Of a stretch of 64,000 nucleotides of DNA, positions 39,562 to 48,900 are shown piece by piece. Each line of letters begins with the position of its first letter. The stretch's first letter is position 1. Location: the IMG/VR virus record IMGVR_UViG_3300029922_000003. One strand, written 5' to 3'. A program made the position numbers and the translations under genes. The notes beneath the pieces were generated by a model that saw nothing but the letters and a program-made list of their open reading frames with translations, did not search any database and had not been told where the DNA came from. Source of the stretch: a virus.

Positions 39562-39894
39562 ATGCAAACCAGTTTTCTTCCTAGCGATCCAGATCCTTAT
39601 ATACCCCAAAGAGAAAATGCTGAAAATGCCCTAAAAGTATTCAAAGATTCAGTTCAGGCATTTTACCACCCAACCCCATCTGCCACTCTCCATAACATAG
39701 ATCAGATATCAACAGGGGGACACTCTTCCCTTCAGTTCCTAGAGGAAGCAGCTAGACACGCCCATACATATATCTCTCACCTAGAGAAGAACTTCCCTCA
39801 GTTCAACTATCCAGAAACTAGATCTAATGCTGTTCTTAGGGCAAAATTCGAGGAAAGCCTCCCGTCTGCCATAGCCCACTTGTTTAAGGCTTAG
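39562..39894 (+). CDS. Lone plus-strand hypothetical protein
   Basis: 110 aa exactly filling the gap between two minus-strand genes; AT-rich upstream. Confidence 0.65.
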   Translation: MQTSFLPSDPDPYIPQRENAENALKVFKDSVQAFYHPTPSATLHNIDQISTGGHSSLQFLEEAARHAHTYISHLEKNFPQFNYPETRSNAVLRAKFEESLPSAIAHLFKA

Positions 39895-42251
39895 TACCCT
39901 ACTGTACCTTTGGGTGGCTTTCCAAACTCTTTCCCGTACGCGAGGGCAGGGATTGGGTTTGTCCCGTGGATGTCTGAGTAGACATCGCCACTGATGACGT
40001 TCTTCTTGAGATTCTTCTGCACATAGGACGTACCCATCTGGGACATCCAATCCTTGTCGTGGGATGGGTTTTCCATCAGTCGAACCATGTGAGGCTCAAA
40101 GGCTGGCTTGTGATGGCTAACTAGAACCTGATCCTCACCCATGTCTCCAAGATTCTTGGCAACACTAGGAGTAATCCTTGTACCGATGCTGTAGTGCATC
40201 ACAGGAGCCTCTAGATAGTGATTGAGTGCTTTGGTTGGGTGCATGACAACAGAATCCCTGTGGGGCTTGTAGTCCTTGCTGAAGGCACTGTACTCAACTG
40301 TCTCATCGGGCAGATAGGAGTTTGTCTCGTCAGAGTCGTTGATCCTGACGTGATCTACAATGCCACGAACCAACACCTCAGCATTCCTTCTGAGCATAGG
40401 AATTCCACTCTCGCTGAAAGTGTCTTGTACCTGCTTTAAGAGATTTAAACGTCCCGCTCCGATCCCCTTCAGTCGAACAACATCAGATGGATTAATTGTA
40501 CCGGTAGAAATTCTGTCCCCAGCCTCTAACTTATCACCATGCTTTACCAGAACCTGGTGGTCTGGAGATACATAGTGCTTGTGCCCACCAATAGATACAT
40601 TGAACCCACCCTGTGGCATCGTTTCGATCTTGTCAACCTGTCCATCGTGTTCCGACAGAGAGGCTTTGTCTGGGAAAGTGTCTGGGACTTGAAACAAAGC
40701 ATTGATAGCCTTGAATCCTGTAGCTTTGGACGAGTTGGCAACGCCTGCTGAATTAGAAACAACAAGTCCATTTGCAAGAACAAATAGGTGATCTGGGTGA
40801 CCCACTTCTATATCAAATGTAGGTACACTACCCATCTCCTCAATGCCAACGCGCCTGAGCTTTCTGCAATCTACCACACAATCAAATGGTTCATCTCTCA
40901 ATCCGACAGAAGTAAATCCCATTGGTAATACTCCATAAAACTTATTGGTCTTAGTACCAATAGGCAAAACTTGATTTGTCCAATTTAGGTCATCCCCAGC
41001 ACACATACTTTTGTACCAACGAGATAGAATCTTGTGGTCAGCCGTACAAACAACACTTGTCCTTCCGAGATTGTTTATGCTGAACGTGTACCGCTGGCAC
41101 ACTCTATTCCCATTATCAAAAACATTTAGCACCTCAGATGGGAATGTATTGCCATTAATATCAGATCCAAGGACAAAATCCCCAGTCCGAACGTCTTGTA
41201 TTTCTTTTGTTGTCCAATCTGCCATCCTAACCAATGTTCCTTTTGATAAACAGTGCTTTTTAGATAGTTGCATTTGGCTTAAAGGCTCCGATGCAGAAGA
41301 TCCAGCAGACAGCCCAACTGCTTCTCCAAGGGCAGGGAACCCACCTCTCTCTCTTGTCCCAGCACACTTTGCGCATATTCCATTAGGTGACTCACAGGTC
41401 AAGGTAGATCTTACAACAATTCTATCCTTACCCGATTTTTTTATGTCACCAATAATCTTTGAAGTTAGTAAGGTACCAGCCTTATGCCCAGACGTATCTT
41501 TGGCTAGTACTGACCCTATGTTATCACCGTCATCTATATCTACTGGAATCCCAGTCTTGGTGCCGCAATCATGCTGCGTCACTATAAGATCTAACATTGA
41601 AGAATTGAGTTGTTTACTCAAAAATCCTGAATGCATTGTTGAGAATTTCGTTGATATTAGGCCAGCACGAGTTCCATATGACGCAGCAAAGTATTCAGCA
41701 GGGTTCAATCCCTCTGTGTAGGAATTCTTAATACCAATAGGTACTGGCTTGTTGTTTTGATCAACCACCAAGAAATCGGATCCAATATTACTATTGAGCT
41801 GGGCTTTATTACCACGAGCACCTGATGCAACCATCCTAGCAAGGTTTGATCCCTTTGCCATAGATGCATCAAAGATCATCCCTGGCATCTTGTTGGAGTA
41901 GTGATCGTAGAGCTTTACGAGGGCTTGCTCTCTTTTGTCCTGATCCAGACCTTTGTCTCCAAAGATACCACGCTCCTTCTGGGACACCTCATCCATCAAC
42001 TTGTCTTTGTCGATGGGGGATGCAAGGTCGTTCATAGAGAACGAGCTGCCAGTCTCAACCGCACCCTTTGACCCAAGGCGCAAGAGCTTGAAAGAAATGT
42101 CCCGATACTTATCAGGATCCTGCTCAGCTACTTGCTGAAGGATATCTTTGACCTCTTTGCTCCCGATGGGCTGATCGGGGGGTAGATCAGCCCTATACTT
42201 CTCGGGAACAATAGAGTCAAAAATTAGTCGTGCAACAGTAGTCGAGGCCAT
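39891..42251 (-). CDS. RNA polymerase beta' C-terminal subunit with mini-intein
   Basis: MVASGARG, bridge helix GLNPAEYFAASYGTRAGL..SGFLSKQL, Zn site HDCGT..CESPNGICAKC, trigger loop EPLSQMQLSKKH. Confidence 0.93.
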   Translation of the reverse strand: MASTTVARLIFDSIVPEKYRADLPPDQPIGSKEVKDILQQVAEQDPDKYRDISFKLLRLGSKGAVETGSSFSMNDLASPIDKDKLMDEVSQKERGIFGDKGLDQDKREQALVKLYDHYSNKMPGMIFDASMAKGSNLARMVASGARGNKAQLNSNIGSDFLVVDQNNKPVPIGIKNSYTEGLNPAEYFAASYGTRAGLISTKFSTMHSGFLSKQLNSSMLDLIVTQHDCGTKTGIPVDIDDGDNIGSVLAKDTSGHKAGTLLTSKIIGDIKKSGKDRIVVRSTLTCESPNGICAKCAGTRERGGFPALGEAVGLSAGSSASEPLSQMQLSKKHCLSKGTLVRMADWTTKEIQDVRTGDFVLGSDINGNTFPSEVLNVFDNGNRVCQRYTFSINNLGRTSVVCTADHKILSRWYKSMCAGDDLNWTNQVLPIGTKTNKFYGVLPMGFTSVGLRDEPFDCVVDCRKLRRVGIEEMGSVPTFDIEVGHPDHLFVLANGLVVSNSAGVANSSKATGFKAINALFQVPDTFPDKASLSEHDGQVDKIETMPQGGFNVSIGGHKHYVSPDHQVLVKHGDKLEAGDRISTGTINPSDVVRLKGIGAGRLNLLKQVQDTFSESGIPMLRRNAEVLVRGIVDHVRINDSDETNSYLPDETVEYSAFSKDYKPHRDSVVMHPTKALNHYLEAPVMHYSIGTRITPSVAKNLGDMGEDQVLVSHHKPAFEPHMVRLMENPSHDKDWMSQMGTSYVQKNLKKNVISGDVYSDIHGTNPIPALAYGKEFGKPPKGTVGY
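40752..41252 (-). mobile_element. Mini-intein (167 aa, no endonuclease)
   Basis: Starts CLSKGTLVRMAD, block B VCTADHKI, block F TFDIEV, ends LVVSN, Ser at +1. Confidence 0.92.
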
Positions 42252-42282
42252 CGTCTAATGTTGCACTAATAACAATCAAAAA

Positions 42283-42789
42283 TCAAGAGATGAACTTAGC
42301 ATCGCCTTTCTTGATCATACTTACTGTGAGCGTGGAGGTCTTCCCGTTGTCCCAGTGGACTTCACCACTGTCCTGTAACGTACCCTCGATACAGCGCCAT
42401 CTGGAATAAACACGGCATCCTACCTTATGGGGGAAAACATCAACAACCTCAGACACATCATCAATGGGATCAGATTGCTGAGTAAATAGCTCAACCTCTG
42501 GTTCCTCCTCTGACTCTGCCCAATCTGGGCTAATGACAACATCTCCAGATATTGCGGGATTCTCTTTGTAAAAGGTCTTTCTAACAACCCTAGCGGTTCT
42601 TTCATCCCAAATTGGGAATGTTTTTGTTAGGATATCCCCGCTCTTGATTGCATAAGAAAGTATCTCAGATACCTTATTGCAGGGGCACTGCAATTCACTT
42701 GCTACAACCTCTTGAGAGTCCCACCCCTCTGGTGCAGTAAATTGCTTGGAGGACTGGCTCTCGTATATTTTAACCCATTTCTTTGTCAT
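42283..42789 (-). CDS. Hypothetical protein
   Basis: 168 aa ORF in tight packing. Confidence 0.6.
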   Translation of the reverse strand: MTKKWVKIYESQSSKQFTAPEGWDSQEVVASELQCPCNKVSEILSYAIKSGDILTKTFPIWDERTARVVRKTFYKENPAISGDVVISPDWAESEEEPEVELFTQQSDPIDDVSEVVDVFPHKVGCRVYSRWRCIEGTLQDSGEVHWDNGKTSTLTVSMIKKGDAKFIS

Positions 42790-42810
42790 GTGTGTGTATT
42801 GTGTTTGTGT

Positions 42811-43827
42811 TTACTGTTCCTCTCTGTTCTTCAATAGAAGACCAGCGAAGGATTCGCCATTGTTGATCGTGACATTCATCATTTGAAAGTTCCCAGTAGA
42901 TCTGGAAATAACTCGTACTAGATACCCGTGTGTCCAGGTGGTCGGATTGGTGTTTGCGTAGTGGGGCTGACGTTTGCACAAGCACCCAGGATTCCATGCG
43001 GCGATAAGCCCAACATTGGGCAAAAACTTTGGCTTGAATGTAGCCCTGTGTGAATCGAAGAATACAATATTCCCTGCAGCCTTGGAAAGGGCAACCTCAG
43101 CGGCGTCAGTAGCATTGCTGATTTTGTGAACAAAAGACACCTTATCAAACTTAACCCAACCAGGTGTAATACAGTCTCCGTGAGTCATACCTTGCCGATA
43201 ATACTGGATACCCCTTTCCTTAAGACCCAGGACATGCTCTGCACAAAATGTGTTGCGTAGAAGCTCTACGTCTTTATGATGGGCTAGCTTTTGATTAACG
43301 GCCCAGCGCTCTACACGCCACTCATGATTACCCTCAATATAGTGGATATCTTCACACGAAGAGTGTTTTTGGATTTGATCCAACAATATATTGGTTACCT
43401 TTACGTCGTCCTCGTATGAGTCCTCAGTCTCAGCGAGATACCCGAGCGTATGATGTTCTGCAAGAAATCCCGAGCAGTCTAGAAGGTCACCGCCGATAAT
43501 AATTCTATCCGGCCTGATCGTTTTTAGATCTCCTAGTAGTGCCGAAAAAGCCAGTGGGTCATGTTTGTTGCCGTGAACATCCGAGAAGATTACCTCGACT
43601 ATATCACCCTTGCTAGCCAAAGTCTTTTTGGGTCTTGGAGCGACCACCACACTTTCGCTCGAAGATCGAGCAGACTTTAGGGCTTTTGCTGTTTGTTCGT
43701 GAGCTTTTCGCTCCGCTTGTAAAGCCAACTTAAGGGCTTTGATTTCATTGCTGTGCTCAGCTTCTGAACTTCTGTGGGCGATCTGGCCCCAATTAGAACT
43801 GACAGGTTTTTTGTCTATGTTGCTCAT
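42811..43827 (-). CDS. Calcineurin-like metallophosphoesterase
   Basis: SDVHG, GGDLLD, EGNHE, later His motifs; N-terminal coiled coil. Confidence 0.85.
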   Translation of the reverse strand: MSNIDKKPVSSNWGQIAHRSSEAEHSNEIKALKLALQAERKAHEQTAKALKSARSSSESVVVAPRPKKTLASKGDIVEVIFSDVHGNKHDPLAFSALLGDLKTIRPDRIIIGGDLLDCSGFLAEHHTLGYLAETEDSYEDDVKVTNILLDQIQKHSSCEDIHYIEGNHEWRVERWAVNQKLAHHKDVELLRNTFCAEHVLGLKERGIQYYRQGMTHGDCITPGWVKFDKVSFVHKISNATDAAEVALSKAAGNIVFFDSHRATFKPKFLPNVGLIAAWNPGCLCKRQPHYANTNPTTWTHGYLVRVISRSTGNFQMMNVTINNGESFAGLLLKNREEQ

Positions 43828-43879
43828 ATGAAGTTCAATTCTTACGCTGCCAGAATCGATTGTGCAAGTACTTTTTGCG

Positions 43880-44110
43880 TCAATCCTTAATTTTTAAGGC
43901 AAAGCCCATATTGGCAGCGAACGAAGAGAAGTCATCTTGCTCACTTTTTGAGACAATCCACACAGGATGTCCTGGGACCATTATTACAAGCGCCACAAGA
44001 TTACCATCGGTGTCCCGTAGCTCCAGACTAGTTACCTCCCTGGAGTCGAGGAGTGGTTCGGACAATGGTCCATTTCTGGCAATAACCCTCAATGAATTGT
44101 CTGTTGCCAT
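43880..44110 (-). CDS. Small hypothetical protein
   Basis: 76 aa coupled to upstream gene. Confidence 0.55.
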   Translation of the reverse strand: MATDNSLRVIARNGPLSEPLLDSREVTSLELRDTDGNLVALVIMVPGHPVWIVSKSEQDDFSSFAANMGFALKIKD

Positions 44111-44664
44111 TACCCCTGTGGCGGCTGCTGAGAAGGATCTGGAGCTGTCTGTCCGGCAGCGGCAGGATCTTGGCCCTGACTAGGATCTTGCGGAGCTTGC
44201 TGAGAGGGATCTGGGGGTGGCTGCTGTTGTGCACTTGGGTCGCCACCAGGAGATGGAGCACCACCGCCGCCCATAGCCTGCTGCACTAGCTGTTCCAGTT
44301 TGTTGATTCGCTCTGTAACACTCAGCTTCTTTTCTTTCTTCTCTCCCCCACCCTCACCACCTTCTGCTGGGGCAGATGCTGCAGCCTGCTGCTGAGCAAG
44401 TTGGATCTGCTGGAGCATTTGAGCTAATTGCTGCAATCCCTGATCTATGCTCTGGAACCCTTGATTTAGCATCTGAGAAATTTCTGGAAACCCAATTACT
44501 GGCTGCTCGTCCGAGCCTGGAGGTGGAGGAGGAGGCTGGGGGATCTGTCCAGATTGCTGGGCTGTGGATACAGCTACTTGAGTGGCGGGAGAAGCAACGA
44601 ATGCTTTCTTGCTTAGGTTTCCCATCACTTCAGCGAGGAGGGCTTTGTTAAAGGATTCTTTCAT
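44110..44664 (-). CDS. Gln/Pro-rich low-complexity protein
   Basis: 184 aa; leader MKESFNKALLAEVMGNLSKKA. Confidence 0.65.
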   Translation of the reverse strand: MKESFNKALLAEVMGNLSKKAFVASPATQVAVSTAQQSGQIPQPPPPPPGSDEQPVIGFPEISQMLNQGFQSIDQGLQQLAQMLQQIQLAQQQAAASAPAEGGEGGGEKKEKKLSVTERINKLEQLVQQAMGGGGAPSPGGDPSAQQQPPPDPSQQAPQDPSQGQDPAAAGQTAPDPSQQPPQG

Positions 44665-44673
44665 GAGGATCTA

Positions 44674-45297
44674 TTATTCTGAGGTATTAAACAGTAAACG
44701 GCAAGACAAGAACTCACCTGGCTCAGTAGTTCCTACTGAAGACAAGATTAGTGCCCAAGAAGTGTTGGGTGTCATTGTTATCGGCTGAAAAAAGATTGAA
44801 CTTACAGAAAGGGAGTTTTGTGTTAGACGGAAGCTCGTAGACTGAACCTGTGGGATCCCACTAACAATCTGGACAAGATACACAACAATATCTGCGCCAG
44901 TTGATGGAGTAAACACACTAGCCTGAGCCCCATAACAAGAGAGAGTAGTCCCGCTTGGAACCTGAAAGTACCCAAATTGATTTCCAGTAGATAGTGCTGC
45001 TGGATATTGGAACTCAGCCCAGGACTGAGTCGTACCACCAGATGTTTGGGTAGGTATGCCAATCAGAGATGAAATAGGCTTCCACACAATGCTGTTAATA
45101 CCATCCCATGTTGGTACCCAACCAGCGCCAACACCAGAGGGTGGCTGAGCAGCCATCTGCCCCCACGTATTCCCACCATCTGTACTAAACTGTGTAGAAA
45201 GCAACCCGGACACTGGGTCTCTAAAAAACCTAGAGATGTAATTGGGAGTCAGAGCGTTTGGTACAAACTGCTGATCTCCTAAAATTGGTGCACCCAT
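44674..45297 (-). CDS. Probable virion structural protein
   Basis: Asp-box STDGGNTW; beta-rich C-terminal domain. Confidence 0.5.
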   Translation of the reverse strand: MGAPILGDQQFVPNALTPNYISRFFRDPVSGLLSTQFSTDGGNTWGQMAAQPPSGVGAGWVPTWDGINSIVWKPISSLIGIPTQTSGGTTQSWAEFQYPAALSTGNQFGYFQVPSGTTLSCYGAQASVFTPSTGADIVVYLVQIVSGIPQVQSTSFRLTQNSLSVSSIFFQPITMTPNTSWALILSSVGTTEPGEFLSCRLLFNTSE

Positions 45298-45299
45298 AT

Positions 45300-45920
45300 T
45301 TACCAGTGAAGTAGTCGACTAATCAGACCTGGCTTCTTCTCTGGAGCAGGAGGAGCCTCCTCGACCACAATAGGTACCTGTGGGTCCGTGTCGGCTGGAT
45401 CGTCGTTGTGATTCTTGTTGTGTCGTACGCTTGTGCTAACTCTGACAGCGTGACCACTACCAATTCTCTTGGCAGCAGAACTGATGTTCATGAGGGCTGG
45501 AATAGCAGCAGTGGTTGCCGCAGCACCCCCTCCGACAAGTAGGTCTCTCTGGAGTGGAGAAAATCCCTTTCCGACTGGATTCTCCTTCATGTACCTGCTG
45601 GCATCTCTAGATGTTGCAGCAATGTTAACAGCCATGTCTTTTAGGGGGGCTCCTGCAATCACCTCAATACCATGCATATTGCCTTTAGATAGCATATGAC
45701 TACCAGCTCCACCCAATCCAGCATTAAGGGCAAGGTTCACTAATCTGCCAGTATCGAAGTTTTTGTAATTACCATTGTTCTGTACAGCATCCAGGGCTCC
45801 AGCAGTACCAACTGCTCCAATAGCAGCAGGAGCCGCTTTACCTAAATGATCCAAGATGCTCTTTATAATCTCTGGAGAAGCAGCTTTCTTGTCAAACAAA
45901 ATGGTTTTGGGTGTGTCCAT
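45300..45920 (-). CDS. Glycine-zipper probable internal head protein
   Basis: Likely start ATG 45920 (MDTPKTILFDKKAAS); Gly/Ala hydrophobic segments. Confidence 0.6.
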   Translation of the reverse strand: MDTPKTILFDKKAASPEIIKSILDHLGKAAPAAIGAVGTAGALDAVQNNGNYKNFDTGRLVNLALNAGLGGAGSHMLSKGNMHGIEVIAGAPLKDMAVNIAATSRDASRYMKENPVGKGFSPLQRDLLVGGGAAATTAAIPALMNISSAAKRIGSGHAVRVSTSVRHNKNHNDDPADTDPQVPIVVEEAPPAPEKKPGLISRLLHW

Positions 45921-45933
45921 ATCTCTCTGAATA

Positions 45934-48900
45934 TTACCCAATATCAACTTGACTGTCGATATTTAAGTCCCCTCTTCTATAGGCAGCAATAACATCTTCG
46001 GCGCTCTTGAACTTAGTCTTGGGTTTCTTATGATCCACAGCAGTAGTGTTGTACAACCCGAGGACGAACTCCTGAGATGGTGTATAGTGGGCATCTCTTC
46101 CTTTAATGGAGAGAAGGTTCTGAGATGGCATGAGCCTGTCTTTAATCTCTTTCACTGCGTCATCAGATACAGGGACGTGTACATTCATGGTGTTAGATAG
46201 AATAACTCCATCAGCGGCCATGAAGGTCTCATATCCTGGAACCGTTAGGTCGTATCCATCTTCTAACACTCCAGTCTTTTCTACAGAGTCGACGGGGGAC
46301 CAATTGATAGATTTGTTCTCTAGGAACCTCTCAGACCATTCCAGGAATTCAGGAGTGTCCACGTAGCATTGAGGGCGCTCAGTTTCGGCCAGGAATTTGA
46401 TAATGCGATCAGCAGTGGACTCTGGCAACTTACCAGTCTTGATTGGCCTGTCCAGTCCGCTATACACATTCTTCACCAATTTGTAGTTGGGGGTTCCAGC
46501 TGGAGCAACCCGAACGATTCCAGCCCTAATCTGCTGAGCGGACTTCATATCCAGCTTGCCAGAATCACGGCACTTATTGGCTACCTCAAGAGCGATTTCT
46601 ATGATTGCTCCGTCGCGACGATAGGTCTCCCTAATCTGATCAATTGCCCTGTAGGCGGAATTCCTAGAGACAGCTCCTCTGGCAATTCCTCCCCAAATAT
46701 TTCTGTAAACGGCCTTCTTATCAAGAGTCTCTTCGAGAGCAGCCCCACCAATCTTTTTAAGGTCAGAGGTAATCTGTGGGCTACCAAGTTGCCTCGAAAA
46801 CTCCTTCGCAAGACTATGCGGTATAAATACTGTATCGTACTTACCAAGCACAGGGGAGTCATCTCTGACAGGCGTGGTCAAAAATGCCTCTTTCTTCCAG
46901 GGGCACTCAAGATTCACAAAAATATTGTGTCTCTTACAGTCAACAGAGGAAAATGCCAGTATCCACGAATCATTTCCTGCGGTAGTGGTTTTGGACCAGG
47001 TGATTGTAGAATTAATCCCAAGAGTAGATGCAAGAAATTTAACATCGCGAACAAGCCTGAGTGACGTGCTAGAAAAAGCACATAGTAGCTGTGGCTTTTC
47101 CTTTGCGTGCGACACCGAGCAGGATCCATCAGTATCGACCAGTCCACAAAGAAGTCCCTCTCGGAACTCCCGTGGAGCTTGATACATAAACCCAGATAGG
47201 TGCTTGTTGCCAGAACCAGCGGTATTTTCGTCCCCCTCGCCACCCAAGTGAGTAGAAAGAAATTCTGCAAACAACTCGCTGTGCTTGAAGTTAAAAGTGT
47301 GCTTGACGGTATCTCCGTATCTGGATGGGTTGTTTGCTTTGAGCGTCTCTATCGAATAATGATAAAGAGGCCCAGACTTTAAAAACAAGTCTGTCAATAT
47401 TTTCTTTATAGATAAGGCATTATACCCCTTTAGATCTGCCATATTAATATTTCTAGAACCAAACATATCTGTTCGCTTGTGGTAATATTCATAATCTTTT
47501 TTGTCCCACCACCCATCACCACATAGGGCACCAAGCAAATACCCTAATTCCCTAGTGAGTGGGAGTTTCTTGAAGATACAATCCTCTCGATCTGTTATTG
47601 TGATCTCAGAAATTTCTGGCAACTGGCTCACAGCAGCTCCAGCGTGGGGGGAATATGGTACACAAATCTTACGGTTTAGCGCTTCAGTTGGAGTGCAGCG
47701 AATAAGGCCGTCTTCTGGTCTTGATGGATCCATTCCATAAACAGCGCGAGGGTCGTCGTCTGTAATGATCTGCCTACCAGCCAGCAAATTTACAATCTCT
47801 ATTTTCCTTTGGTAATGCTTGCTATAAAACGCAACTTGCGCCCATACAGGCTTGTTTGTCTTTTCGTCGAGTGCTAAGACCATTATATCCTCTGGGACAG
47901 AAAAGAAATCTATTGGACCATTCTTACCGTTCTCGTTGCGATTCGTAAACTCTCCGCGAGGAAAGTCCTCTAGGTCAACAACTGATACTTCATGAGTGGT
48001 GGGATTGTAATGTGGTAGTGTGATATCCTTGAACATGTCTTCACTACCGCACAATAGTGATGGATGTGTCAAATGATTTTTACTATTTGTGCATTTTTTT
48101 TGCAAACTCCTTAAAATAAGCACTTTACCAACCTGTTCGTCGCCGTCAAAGTCCGCAGTGAAGGGCTTTACAACTAATGGACTGATCCTAATTGAATCGC
48201 CAGTCACAATCTGTGGCTCTGCTCCCATTATGTTGAACCGGTGCAAAGATGGAGCTCGACTATACATGACCGGCCTAGCCTTCATCTCCTCCAACAAAAA
48301 CCTCTTTGCATAATCGGTCTTTCTCTCCACATTCAGAGCTGCCTGACTAGATGGCATTCCGTGCTTTACCAAGCGCCTCATGACAAACGGAGAATACATC
48401 TTCCACGCCATCTTTTCTGGGACCCCGATCTGATCCATATCTAGCTCATCGCTCGGGATAATTGCCCCCCTCCCAACAGTCCCCACTGTATGACCAATAA
48501 CCTTCCCCAGGAGAGATCCCGTCTTGGGTCCTCCACTCCCCGCTAGCTGGCGAATAAACCCTTTAACTCCCTTCTGCACAAGCTTGGGATGAAGCGGGTC
48601 ACCAAGCCCCATAACAGCAGCAAGCGAGTCGTACACAGCAAGTCTCTCATTGCCAGCCTCTTGATCACCAAAATCTTGTTTTGATTTTTCGTGAAGATCC
48701 CTGGCTGTCATTAGGTCTTTGTATAGATAATTGGAGTCAGCACTCAGCATCATCCTCCCAGCCATAGAAATAGGGCGATATGCGGCGGGTAAAACCGGAA
48801 CCTTAGTCATAAAGAAATCTTCCTTCCCAATACCCTGTTTCTTGATTCCAGAAATAATATTTAGCTTCTGTACGGCGCTATTCCTAGTCGTGCTAGATCC

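Noticed and set aside
36960-42275. TTAGTGCA upstream of two genes as a late promoter
   Set aside because: Only two copies, not found at other operon starts I checked
46192-48138. Class 3 intein, or intein starting at internal Cys (KKCTN)
   Set aside because: No block-F Cys or block-B Trp; an internal start would leave 15 extra residues in the catalytic loop
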